This document shows positions 56,589 to 64,000 of a DNA stretch of 64,000 bases, piece by piece. The notes under the pieces are model-generated. The model was not told the origin of the DNA, searched no databases, and worked only from the letters and a program-made list of their open reading frames with translations. Positions within the stretch are counted from its first letter, which is position 1. Each line of letters opens with the position of its first letter. The stretch comes from a virus. Made by a program: the position numbers and the translations under genes. Location of the stretch: IMG/VR virus record IMGVR_UViG_3300045988_168112. The stretch is one strand, 5' to 3'.

Positions 56589-58112
56589 TTACAAACCTTC
56601 GTCACCAATGTTAACGATACGTACAATCTTAGCAGGCTGATATAATACCGGAGTACCATAGTTCAAGATACAGAATCGACGACTCGGAGCAGTAACTGCA
56701 AAGTCCATCTTAACAGTATCAGAGAACTGTAAGTATTCGTTAATCTGACTATCATTGTAATATACCAAGGCAGACTTGGTACCTGCAATGATACGGTTGC
56801 GGTCACGTACACAATTTGCAGCAGCACCATCATAACCAGTTGCCATCTGAGAAACAGGTACTTCAAAAATCGGGAAGTATTCTGTCGTATCATTCAAAAC
56901 AGCATCTTTCTTTGTACGATAAATAACAAATGAAGAAGCTGCATAAGCACCACCTACACCAGCAGTAACACCGAACTCAACTGACTGAGTTGCAGTAACA
57001 GCTTGAGCACCAGCAGATGTAATATTCAAAGGTGCAGATTCACCATAACGATTCTTTGCAGTTACCAAGTAACCATAAGCACCTGCATGACGACCAAAGT
57101 TAGTCTTAGTATCAGCATTATTAACCTTAATTGCTGTTCCAGCAGTCGGAGCAACCGGAGCAACCGGAGCTTTCGGACTTGTAGCGCCTTTACCTACTCT
57201 AATAGGCTTACGAACATCAAAGAAACGGTCATTCTTAATGTTAATTTTACCAAACTGGGTTGTAACATCATTTACAGACTGACCCATAGTAGCACCAGTT
57301 ACAGAAGCTGCAAGACCTACGATAACTCGCTTGCTTTCGTGGAACTGTTGTACGTAATTGTTGAATACAATCGGGTTAGAGATGATTCGGTCAATATAAC
57401 CATTATAAACATTCACCACAACATTAGATGCATCCTGAATCATCTTATCATTCAAAACCTGATTCTGAGCATCAATAACAGCCGGAGAATTGAAATAACC
57501 ATCAAGCAGTTGTTCAGAAGTCTTACCTTCTGCTGTACCACCGTCCATTTCATTTACACCCAACATGTGCTGACGGAATACACCATCAAACTCGATATCA
57601 ACACAAGAAGAGTCTGCACTTGTCAATGCTGTGTCAATCAATGTCTGTAGCAAAATGGTCTTATTCTCAACTTCCTGACGATACATGTTATCAATACCGT
57701 TGTATTCAGCAATCATTGCAGGATGAGTTACTTGACCAGTAACACCCATGTATTTAGTCAAGATTGACTTACGTCTGTATTGAGAATCGGTTTCTTCAGG
57801 GGTTTCACCTTCAGTATTGAAGATACTGATATCTTCACCATACTTATACAACTGATTGTACTGATGAACATTCTGTTTAATCTTCTGTTTCGGCATTTCC
57901 ATATAGTACACCAACTGATTCAATCTATTGGTCAAAATCTTCAAGACTGAATCCAAGGATTCAACTTTCAGACCACCACCATTATTAATCATGTTGTTGT
58001 ATTGCATACCGGTCATAGAACCGGCTTCCATAGCTTTCAAGATATCGTTTGATGACAGTCCATCGAACAAATCGATATCTGTTCCGTTATTAGTGTATTG
58101 ATACAAATCCAT
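56589..58112 (-). CDS. major capsid protein
   Basis: 507 aa. It follows the protease and scaffold genes and is followed by a strong terminator. Its codon composition is visibly GC-richer than its neighbours, consistent with high expression. Confidence 0.7.
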   Translation of the reverse strand: MDLYQYTNNGTDIDLFDGLSSNDILKAMEAGSMTGMQYNNMINNGGGLKVESLDSVLKILTNRLNQLVYYMEMPKQKIKQNVHQYNQLYKYGEDISIFNTEGETPEETDSQYRRKSILTKYMGVTGQVTHPAMIAEYNGIDNMYRQEVENKTILLQTLIDTALTSADSSCVDIEFDGVFRQHMLGVNEMDGGTAEGKTSEQLLDGYFNSPAVIDAQNQVLNDKMIQDASNVVVNVYNGYIDRIISNPIVFNNYVQQFHESKRVIVGLAASVTGATMGQSVNDVTTQFGKINIKNDRFFDVRKPIRVGKGATSPKAPVAPVAPTAGTAIKVNNADTKTNFGRHAGAYGYLVTAKNRYGESAPLNITSAGAQAVTATQSVEFGVTAGVGGAYAASSFVIYRTKKDAVLNDTTEYFPIFEVPVSQMATGYDGAAANCVRDRNRIIAGTKSALVYYNDSQINEYLQFSDTVKMDFAVTAPSRRFCILNYGTPVLYQPAKIVRIVNIGDEGL

Positions 58113-58144
58113 AACTTATTTTTATTTATAATTTAAATCCGAAT

Positions 58145-58813
58145 TTACTTTACAAATTTAATACCATTTTTAGTGTACATGTAACGAGCCAATTCTTCAC
58201 CTACTGTTTCAGCATAAGGATTGGTCATATAATTCAATGCATCAGCTTCCAGAGATTTTCTAATTGAATCGTCACTTTCGTTAGTGAGAGCTTTTTCAAT
58301 CATCTTAGCTACCATCGGACGTTGATTGATGATATTAAGTTCAATCTTTCCATTGTCATCCTTTTCAAAGTTCATAGACTTCTGAATAGCTGACATGTTG
58401 TCCAAACCTTCTGAACGAAACTTCGGTGCTTCTTGACCAAACTTATCCATCTTAGCACTCAGGTTATCCAGACTTTCAGCCATACGCTCAATGATAGGAT
58501 TGAAGATTGAACCTACAGACTTCATAATCATTGATTCCATAGATTTCATCATTTCACCTTCTGCATTCTTATCTTCGGCAGTATTCTTTTCATCCTCTTT
58601 CACCTTCTCTTCTTTCTTGACAGCTTCTTTTTCAAGCTTATCAATATCTTCCTCTTCTTTTGTTTCAGACTCATGGTCACCACGAGCTGCTTTATCTTCA
58701 GATTTTTCAATCTTAATATCGCCATTAGCTATTGCTTTTTCGATATATTCCTCGCTAAAGTTTGCATCCAGCAATGACTTCACGATTTTGTTGTCTAAAT
58801 ATTCCTTTTTCAT
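58145..58813 (-). CDS. scaffolding protein
   Basis: 222 aa, strongly acidic and K/E-rich helical. It lies between the protease and capsid genes. Confidence 0.55.
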   Translation of the reverse strand: MKKEYLDNKIVKSLLDANFSEEYIEKAIANGDIKIEKSEDKAARGDHESETKEEEDIDKLEKEAVKKEEKVKEDEKNTAEDKNAEGEMMKSMESMIMKSVGSIFNPIIERMAESLDNLSAKMDKFGQEAPKFRSEGLDNMSAIQKSMNFEKDDNGKIELNIINQRPMVAKMIEKALTNESDDSIRKSLEADALNYMTNPYAETVGEELARYMYTKNGIKFVK

Positions 58814-58836
58814 TTTAATTAAAATTTATGTTTACG

Positions 58837-58867
58837 TAAAAATAGAACCAAATTTTTATTTTACAAA
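58837..58867 (-). promoter_or_regulatory. Bacteroidota-type promoter candidate (TTTG-N19-TATTTTTA)
   Basis: The minus strand reads TTTGTAAAATAAAAATTTGGTTCTATTTTTA, 24 nt upstream of the scaffold ATG at 58813. Confidence 0.45.
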
Positions 58868-59647
58868 TTAAATTCGCTGACTTTTTAAGAAATCTTGAAG
58901 AACATTTATAGAAATATGACCCTCTTCATAACTTTTGAATAGATTTTTAAGAATCTCATCATTCTTCGCTTTAAGAGGCTCGATTCTAATTCGAAAATCT
59001 TTATCAATAGAAAGAATATGTCCATCCTTTTCCATTTCAAGTAAAATGTTAGTTGTTCGAAAATCTTTATCAGATTCAAATTCGTAATCTACATAATCCT
59101 TAGTTTGAACTCCCTTTACAATATCTGCAAAAGTATTTGCATTCACTGGAGTCATAGTCATTGCAAGATTCGTAATAAGAGCTTTTTTGATTTTCTTAGG
59201 ATTTGACTTATCTCTTTCAAGAGCTTTACCTTCTATACTAAAACCAGGTTTACGATTGGTACCTGATTCTTTCATCTCAAGTGCCTTATCATAAAATGCT
59301 CTTGCTTCAGGAGATTTTTTCCAAAGTTGACATTTTACATAAAACTTATTATTTTCAACTTTTGCACTAATAGGTGCTCCAATCCAAAAACGAGATTTAT
59401 TAATAGGTGAGCGAGAGGTTAAATGGTCTAAATTTATTAAACCATGTTTCAAAAATCGGTCAATTATAAAACCATTAGGTTCCATAGATTCACCTTCTGC
59501 ATCTTCAGATGTATCGGAAGCCAACCCTTCAAATATCATTCTTTCGTATCTCCTATCATCACCAATTGGATAATCGAGAGGATTAAAAGAAGATTTCTCA
59601 AAGTCAGCTTCTGTAAAAAAGTTAAATCTTGAACCTATTTCAAACAT
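58868..59647 (-). CDS. prohead serine protease (HK97 / S78-like)
   Basis: HGLINLDHL..., GFSIEGKAL and ITNLAMTMTPVNANT resemble the H...S.G...(E)VSLV..PAN blocks of HK97-family prohead proteases. The gene lies upstream of the scaffold and capsid genes. Confidence 0.7.
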   Translation of the reverse strand: MFEIGSRFNFFTEADFEKSSFNPLDYPIGDDRRYERMIFEGLASDTSEDAEGESMEPNGFIIDRFLKHGLINLDHLTSRSPINKSRFWIGAPISAKVENNKFYVKCQLWKKSPEARAFYDKALEMKESGTNRKPGFSIEGKALERDKSNPKKIKKALITNLAMTMTPVNANTFADIVKGVQTKDYVDYEFESDKDFRTTNILLEMEKDGHILSIDKDFRIRIEPLKAKNDEILKNLFKSYEEGHISINVLQDFLKSQRI

Positions 59648-60468
59648 TTTCGTTTCTGTTCCATAATCACCGAATTTAGAAATTTATCAATCAAATCATC
59701 GATTTCTTTGTATCTTCTCACTCTTTTCCAATCATTTTCAGAAACTTTCTTCTTCGTTCCCATAATTGCACCGAAAATCGCTGCATTTGTATCAGTATCT
59801 TCGCCATAATTGATAACTGAACAAAGGTCTTCAAAAAGTGTAGAATTCTTATTTTCTTGCGCTAAATAATTATCAATCACGAGATTATATGTGTTTATCA
59901 CATCACCTCTATTATCATAATCATTCACCTCAAGATTTTCCATCGGCAAATCTCCTAACAAATTTTTGAGTATGCAACAAAATTTACTACCGAATTCAAA
60001 ACAATTCTTATTATTGTGTGTATAGCAACAAAACGCTTCAAATAGATTTTTCGTATATTCATCAGATTCATTCAAACAAGCTATTGCAATAGGAAGTGAA
60101 TAAAACAATGCACCGTTGCCCATTCTATCTGTTCTTGAACATCCTTTGCACTGTATTGATTCTACTGTTTGATTTCCAATATCAAACAATCTACTTCCTG
60201 CATTGAATTTCTTGTTTTTATACCATAAATCCAAGTTCTTTTCGAATTTATCAATCTTCTTGATATTTTCTCCAGGTGTACAAAAAGCATCTAATAAACA
60301 CAATAAAACAGATGTATCGTCAGACCACGTTCCCTCTATCTGTCCATGAATTCCTCCTGAAGCGAATCCACAACAGAGAAATGTTCCTTCACTTCTAAAT
60401 TCAAAAGGAACACCAAGTACATCTCCAAGGATATAGGCTCTGATACTATTTCTTATCTTCTCTTTCAT
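59635..60468 (-). CDS. ADP-ribosylglycohydrolase (ARH / DraG family)
   Basis: IRAYILGDVLGVPFEF, GTWSDDTS and YGEDTDTNAAIFGAIMG match the ARH metal-binding blocks. The track start (60516) adds 16 poorly fitting residues. The ATG at 60468 (MKEKIRNSIRAYILGD) gives the usual family N-terminus. Confidence 0.8.
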   Translation of the reverse strand: MKEKIRNSIRAYILGDVLGVPFEFRSEGTFLCCGFASGGIHGQIEGTWSDDTSVLLCLLDAFCTPGENIKKIDKFEKNLDLWYKNKKFNAGSRLFDIGNQTVESIQCKGCSRTDRMGNGALFYSLPIAIACLNESDEYTKNLFEAFCCYTHNNKNCFEFGSKFCCILKNLLGDLPMENLEVNDYDNRGDVINTYNLVIDNYLAQENKNSTLFEDLCSVINYGEDTDTNAAIFGAIMGTKKKVSENDWKRVRRYKEIDDLIDKFLNSVIMEQKRKCLK

Positions 60469-60607
60469 TGTTCTCGAATTTCTTTGCATTCTTAATTGCA
60501 TTGTCAACCATTTCATCAGTTGCTTTTTTCCTCTCTTCTTCAGTAGGAGTATGAATAATACTCATTGTACTGCAGTCATTCCATCTTGATACTTTCTTTG
60601 TTTCCAT
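60446..60607 (-). CDS. small ORF (53 aa), below the track size cut-off
   Basis: My translation is METKKVSRWNDCSTMSIIHTPTEEERKKATDEMVDNAIKNAKKFENNEREDKK, ending at TAG. Its ATG is 22 nt downstream of a strong promoter motif. It overlaps the ARH start (60468) by 23 nt in another frame. Confidence 0.35.
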   Translation of the reverse strand: METKKVSRWNDCSTMSIIHTPTEEERKKATDEMVDNAIKNAKKFENNEREDKK

Positions 60608-60628
60608 TAGCTTTTTCTTTTTAGTATC

Positions 60629-60659
60629 TAAAGATACACCTTTTATTAATGTGGTCCAA
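60629..60659 (-). promoter_or_regulatory. Bacteroidota-type promoter candidate (TTG-N20-TATCTTTA)
   Basis: The minus strand reads GTTGGACCACATTAATAAAAGGTGTATCTTTA. The flanking blocks and spacing are the same as at 16064-16094. Confidence 0.45.
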
Positions 60660-60675
60660 CAATTCTAATAAAAAG

Positions 60676-63282
60676 TTACACCATTTCGACAACAATTGAA
60701 TTAAGTCCTTTAGCAAGAACTTTGAATTTACTGAATCTCTGTGTCAAGTATTCATATTCATCAACTGTATTATTGATATTCGCAACTTTATCTCCTTTCT
60801 TAGCCAATAGTGTTATTTGGAAGTCACTTCCAAACAAAGATAGTTGTTTTAATGAAAACGAACTAAAACTCTTATCTTCTATAACAGAACCAACTTCAGC
60901 GTTCAATAATTCATTTAGGCTATTCATATCTCTTGCTTCTAATCTTCTATACAGAACTAAATTTTCTTTGCAAGGATTTTTATCTATTGCTTCAGCAATT
61001 AATTGAGCCATTAAAGCAATTCCTGTTCCACCACCTTTACCGTAATTATAATCTCGAATAGCTTCATAATCAGTACCCATATATCTTTTTAAAGCTTTAT
61101 ATTGAGTCTTAGTAACTTTTAACTTTTTACCTTGTTTTTCATAATAATCTATCATTTCACCTTCATCTTCGAGAGTATGACCTGTAAAATGTTTATACTT
61201 CACACCATTCCATTCTGAATATAAAACACCATTAGCTACTGGAAGATAACCTGAATCAATAAGTACTTTGTTTACTTCAGCTCTTTGTGTTGATTCTAAA
61301 TAAGGATATTTACTAAGGATTTCTTCAAAATCTTCATCTTCAATATAATTTTTAAACCTTTTCTCAATATTTTCATCGATAGTAACTGAATCAAGTACTT
61401 TCCCAAATCTTTCTTTTTGTTCTTTATCTAAAGTATCGTTTTGAGAATTCCTTTTCTTCAAGAATTCTTTGAATTCTTTCTCAGCTTCAAACTTCACATC
61501 GTTCTTTTCTTCTTTAGTATCTAATTTTTTTAGATTATCTTTCAAAGCAAAAACACCTTGATGTTTCGGCCAAGACATAGATTTATTGTTACTCAAATCT
61601 TCCAATAAATACTCTCCTTTATCTTCGTCTCGAGAAAATCTATAATCTACACCATTTTCAGTAAATTCAACTGCCTTACCTTCATCTAACTTCTGTAAAA
61701 TCTTACCATACAGTATCATACCAGCTTGTGACTTTATAGAATCCATTTTAACTACTGGTTTATCAATTTTATCTTTCTTCTCTTCAACTTTCGTTGATTC
61801 TGGTTTCTTAGCTTCTACTGCAAGTTCTGATTTAGATTCTTCTTTTTTAAGAGTCTTTTCAAATTCCTCCTTCACCCGTTTCTTGAATTCATTGAGAGGT
61901 TCATTTGGCTTAGATTCCATATAGAAGGAACCTTTCTTAGCTTTATATTTATCCTCTCCCTTCATATTAAGAACAATTGTCTGACCATCAACCTTAACAT
62001 AGGTTTGAGTGATTTTCTTGAAACCATTCATTTCATTGAGTTTCTTATCGATACTATCAGAAATATCTTGCTTCAATTTATCCAACTTAGAATCAAGTGT
62101 CTTCTCATCTATAGGTTTAGTTTCTTTCGCCTCTTTATTCTTAGCTATCTTTTCTTTGATTTTATTAATTACAGACAAATCTAAATCAAGTTCACCTTTT
62201 TCTTGAGCATCAAGAATACGTTGAAGAGCTGATGTAATACCAAGCTCATTCGCAGATTTATCATCTGACACTTTACCTTTACGATTCTCAATTTCCTTTT
62301 GAGCTGCCTGCTTGACTTCAAGAGAAGCATCTTTATCATTGATTGCAGCTTGTAACTGTTCATCACTTGCTTTAGATGCGTGTTGAGAGTAATCAACTTT
62401 TGCAGTTTTAGCTTCAGATTGTTGTTCATCTTTTTTTGAAGATTTTCCTTTTCCTTTAGGTCTCCAACCGTTAGCAGTTTTCACATATACCTTACCTCCC
62501 CACGTCTTTTCTGTACCAATAGGGGATGATTTCTTAGCTTTCTCTATAATTTCGTCCATAAGTTGTTGTTCAATATTTAGATTTGTTGTATCTTTAGGAA
62601 CAGAAAGAGCGTTGGAGCTTATTAAGGGATTGAGCCTTGCCGAGTCCATATCATTAGAACTATCAGGTCCATCGAGTATAGTCAAGCTCTTTTTAATTTT
62701 ATCTTCAATCTTAATATCTTTATTGTAAGATGTTAATACCCAAAGTTTTTCTCTAAAATTATCATCTTCATCATAAACTACAGACTTTGTAAGTGTCACT
62801 TTCCATTCTCCTTTATAGATATTTACTTTCATCCCGTTTTCATAGAATTTCCCTATTTGCCCATTTTTCAATATATCTGAAATCCTATCTGCTATATCTT
62901 CATAAGATTTAAAATCATTTTGTTCTATAAAATGACGTTTTCTTATATGACGAAGACCTTTTCTTTCATCTCCCCAAATTATATCTATCTTACCAAGTCC
63001 TTCTCTTTCTATAGCTCCAATCACTTGACCGTTTCTTTCTTTCAAAAGAAAATCAATAGCTTCTTTAGGTTTACCTGCATATTTAAAATAATTCCGACCA
63101 AAAACTTTTAATTCGTCTTTAGCATATCGCTCTTTACTTACCTTTTGTCCTTTTACTACTCGCCAACTTCCATCGGCTTGTTTCTGATATTTTACATTCT
63201 TCCATATCCTAATTTCACCAACTACGGCTTTTGCTTTCATTAATTCATTAAAATCTTCTTGATTCTTTATTGTTTGCATCAT
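60676..63282 (-). CDS. polyvalent virion-type protein: N-terminal GLRHIRKRH nuclease-like domain, K/E-rich linker, C-terminal ADP-ribosyltransferase (R-S-ExE)
   Basis: The C-terminus has LVLYRRLEA (Arg), DKSFSSFS (S-x-S) and VDEYEYL (ExE), the catalytic triad pattern of R-S-E ADP-ribosyltransferases. The N-terminus has IIWGDERKGLRHIRKRH, which resembles Barnase/EndoU/RelE-like domains of phage polyvalent proteins (weaker call). The first ATG is at 63282; the track start at 63285 is TTG. Confidence 0.75.
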   Translation of the reverse strand: MMQTIKNQEDFNELMKAKAVVGEIRIWKNVKYQKQADGSWRVVKGQKVSKERYAKDELKVFGRNYFKYAGKPKEAIDFLLKERNGQVIGAIEREGLGKIDIIWGDERKGLRHIRKRHFIEQNDFKSYEDIADRISDILKNGQIGKFYENGMKVNIYKGEWKVTLTKSVVYDEDDNFREKLWVLTSYNKDIKIEDKIKKSLTILDGPDSSNDMDSARLNPLISSNALSVPKDTTNLNIEQQLMDEIIEKAKKSSPIGTEKTWGGKVYVKTANGWRPKGKGKSSKKDEQQSEAKTAKVDYSQHASKASDEQLQAAINDKDASLEVKQAAQKEIENRKGKVSDDKSANELGITSALQRILDAQEKGELDLDLSVINKIKEKIAKNKEAKETKPIDEKTLDSKLDKLKQDISDSIDKKLNEMNGFKKITQTYVKVDGQTIVLNMKGEDKYKAKKGSFYMESKPNEPLNEFKKRVKEEFEKTLKKEESKSELAVEAKKPESTKVEEKKDKIDKPVVKMDSIKSQAGMILYGKILQKLDEGKAVEFTENGVDYRFSRDEDKGEYLLEDLSNNKSMSWPKHQGVFALKDNLKKLDTKEEKNDVKFEAEKEFKEFLKKRNSQNDTLDKEQKERFGKVLDSVTIDENIEKRFKNYIEDEDFEEILSKYPYLESTQRAEVNKVLIDSGYLPVANGVLYSEWNGVKYKHFTGHTLEDEGEMIDYYEKQGKKLKVTKTQYKALKRYMGTDYEAIRDYNYGKGGGTGIALMAQLIAEAIDKNPCKENLVLYRRLEARDMNSLNELLNAEVGSVIEDKSFSSFSLKQLSLFGSDFQITLLAKKGDKVANINNTVDEYEYLTQRFSKFKVLAKGLNSIVVEMV

Positions 63283-63296
63283 CAATTGTTTTTATT

Positions 63297-63362
63297 AAAT
63301 AGTCTTGAATTATTGTCCTCAGCAAAGTCTACCCCGCAGTCCAATAATATTCAAGACTATTT
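63297..63362. repeat. long imperfect inverted repeat / stem-loop just upstream of the polyvalent protein start
   Basis: Arm AAATAGTCTTGAATTATTG (63297-63315) pairs with arm CAATAATATTCAAGACTATTT (63342-63362). They are complementary apart from a 2-nt bulge, and the 26-nt loop is GC-richer. Confidence 0.5.
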
Positions 63363-63372
63363 CAACGAATTC

Positions 63373-64000
63373 TTAATGTAACTGCAAACGATACTTCGTC
63401 TGTTTGAGTGTTGCCATAAAATCTTCAACCCAAGACTTTTCACCTGCATAATTTTGCTTGTCTTCGAGTTTAGAATAGAATTCTTTTGTCCTATCAATAA
63501 TCAGATTGATAAGTCCTATCGGGTCATCAACTTCAATTTCTTCACCGTTGATTTCACCTTCTTTGAATCGTCCGAATTCTGACTGTCCTGCTTCCATTAT
63601 CTTATCTTCATAATCTGAAAGTTCCTCTATCAAATCATCGAGATATTGATGTTTAGCATTATCTTCTTCACTCCAATGGATATTCTTTGATTTCGTCTTC
63701 ACGCCTTCAATGAAATTAGCAAAATCAGCAAACACTCTGTACATCTCATCTTTTGCTTTTAGAATCTCAGAACCATCATCTAAAGAAACGTTACTGTTTA
63801 TCTCTTTACGAATATCATCTATACCCCAAGATTTCTCTATTTCTTCATCAGAAACAAGAATCTTGTTTATATCGAGTTTTCCTTCGTTTTTCATCTCATT
63901 CAGTAAAGATTTGAACATATCAGCTTGGTCGAGGTCATTGAAGTCAATTAACATTCTAAAACCTGTTGGTTCTTCAGTTTCAATCTCAATAGATTTTTCT
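63373..64000 (-). CDS. hypothetical acidic protein; ORF is open to the right edge
   Basis: The track ORF starts at 63954, but the frame stays open upstream to nt 64000 (EKSIEIETEEPTGFRMLIDF...), so the true start may lie outside the window. There is a weak resemblance to Dps/ferritin-like helices (IHWSEEDNAKHQYLDDLIEEL), which I do not rely on. Confidence 0.45.
   Translation of the reverse strand, partial: EKSIEIETEEPTGFRMLIDFNDLDQADMFKSLLNEMKNEGKLDINKILVSDEEIEKSWGIDDIRKEINSNVSLDDGSEILKAKDEMYRVFADFANFIEGVKTKSKNIHWSEEDNAKHQYLDDLIEELSDYEDKIMEAGQSEFGRFKEGEINGEEIEVDDPIGLINLIIDRTKEFYSKLEDKQNYAGEKSWVEDFMATLKQTKYRLQLH

Noticed and set aside
57003-57650. The 215-aa plus-strand ORF, and similar antisense ORFs (1310-1657, 11306-11788, 38764-39159, 50570-50992, 58491-58871, and others)
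   Set aside because: Each lies entirely antisense to a long minus-strand gene with recognisable function. They have low-complexity, Cys/Ser/Ile-rich translations and lack upstream signals. They are expected by chance in stop-poor frames.
1-64000. Stop-codon reassignment, as in some gut phages
   Set aside because: Long uninterrupted ORFs with recognisable homologues terminate at TAA (e.g. 1211), TAG (e.g. 6377, 60446) and TGA (e.g. 14050, 31057). Standard code 11 explains the whole window.
1-64000. CRISPR arrays, tRNA or rRNA genes
   Set aside because: All intergenic gaps are 160 bp or shorter. None shows regularly spaced direct repeats or a cloverleaf-compatible sequence.
1-64000. Integrase or attachment sites indicating an integrated prophage boundary
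   Set aside because: There is no recombinase-like ORF and no flanking bacterial housekeeping genes in the window, so nothing can be said about lifestyle from this fragment.

Overview
This window looks like a contiguous piece of a large (over 64 kb), AT-rich, contractile-tailed dsDNA phage or prophage genome. All convincing genes are on the minus strand except one plus-strand ORF at 29.5-31.0 kb. Reading the minus strand from right to left gives four blocks. (1) 64-50 kb, head and tail shaft: a polyvalent injected-type protein with a C-terminal ADP-ribosyltransferase domain, an ADP-ribosylglycohydrolase, prohead protease, scaffold, major capsid protein, neck proteins interrupted by an HNH endonuclease, sheath and tube. 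(2) 50-22.5 kb, tail tip: chaperones, tape measure, baseplate proteins, a 3,420-aa baseplate-J/tail-fibre fusion and a second 1,823-aa fibre ending in BspA-type leucine-rich repeats. (3) 22-15.6 kb: small genes, DnaQ-like exonuclease, large terminase, DnaB helicase and primase. (4) 15.6-0 kb: a compositionally foreign 1-kb island, a partial 7-deazaguanine pathway (QueD-QueE-FolE) followed by MazG and a NadR-like kinase, a split DnaE polymerase, a gp32-like SSB, and Mre11-RecA-Rad50. Recurrent TTG-N19/20-TAnnTTTA motifs upstream of genes match Bacteroidota-type promoters, so a Bacteroidota host is likely (inference). The most interesting feature is a perfect 63-bp inverted repeat (29497-29559 and 32526-32588). 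It brackets the 3' end of the giant fibre gene and an oppositely oriented, promoterless, in-frame homologous cassette. This is the architecture of a Mu G-segment-like invertible receptor-binding switch, but no invertase is visible in the window. No rRNA, tRNA or CRISPR array was seen, and there is no sign of stop-codon recoding. All functional calls come from by-eye motif recognition; no database search was possible.
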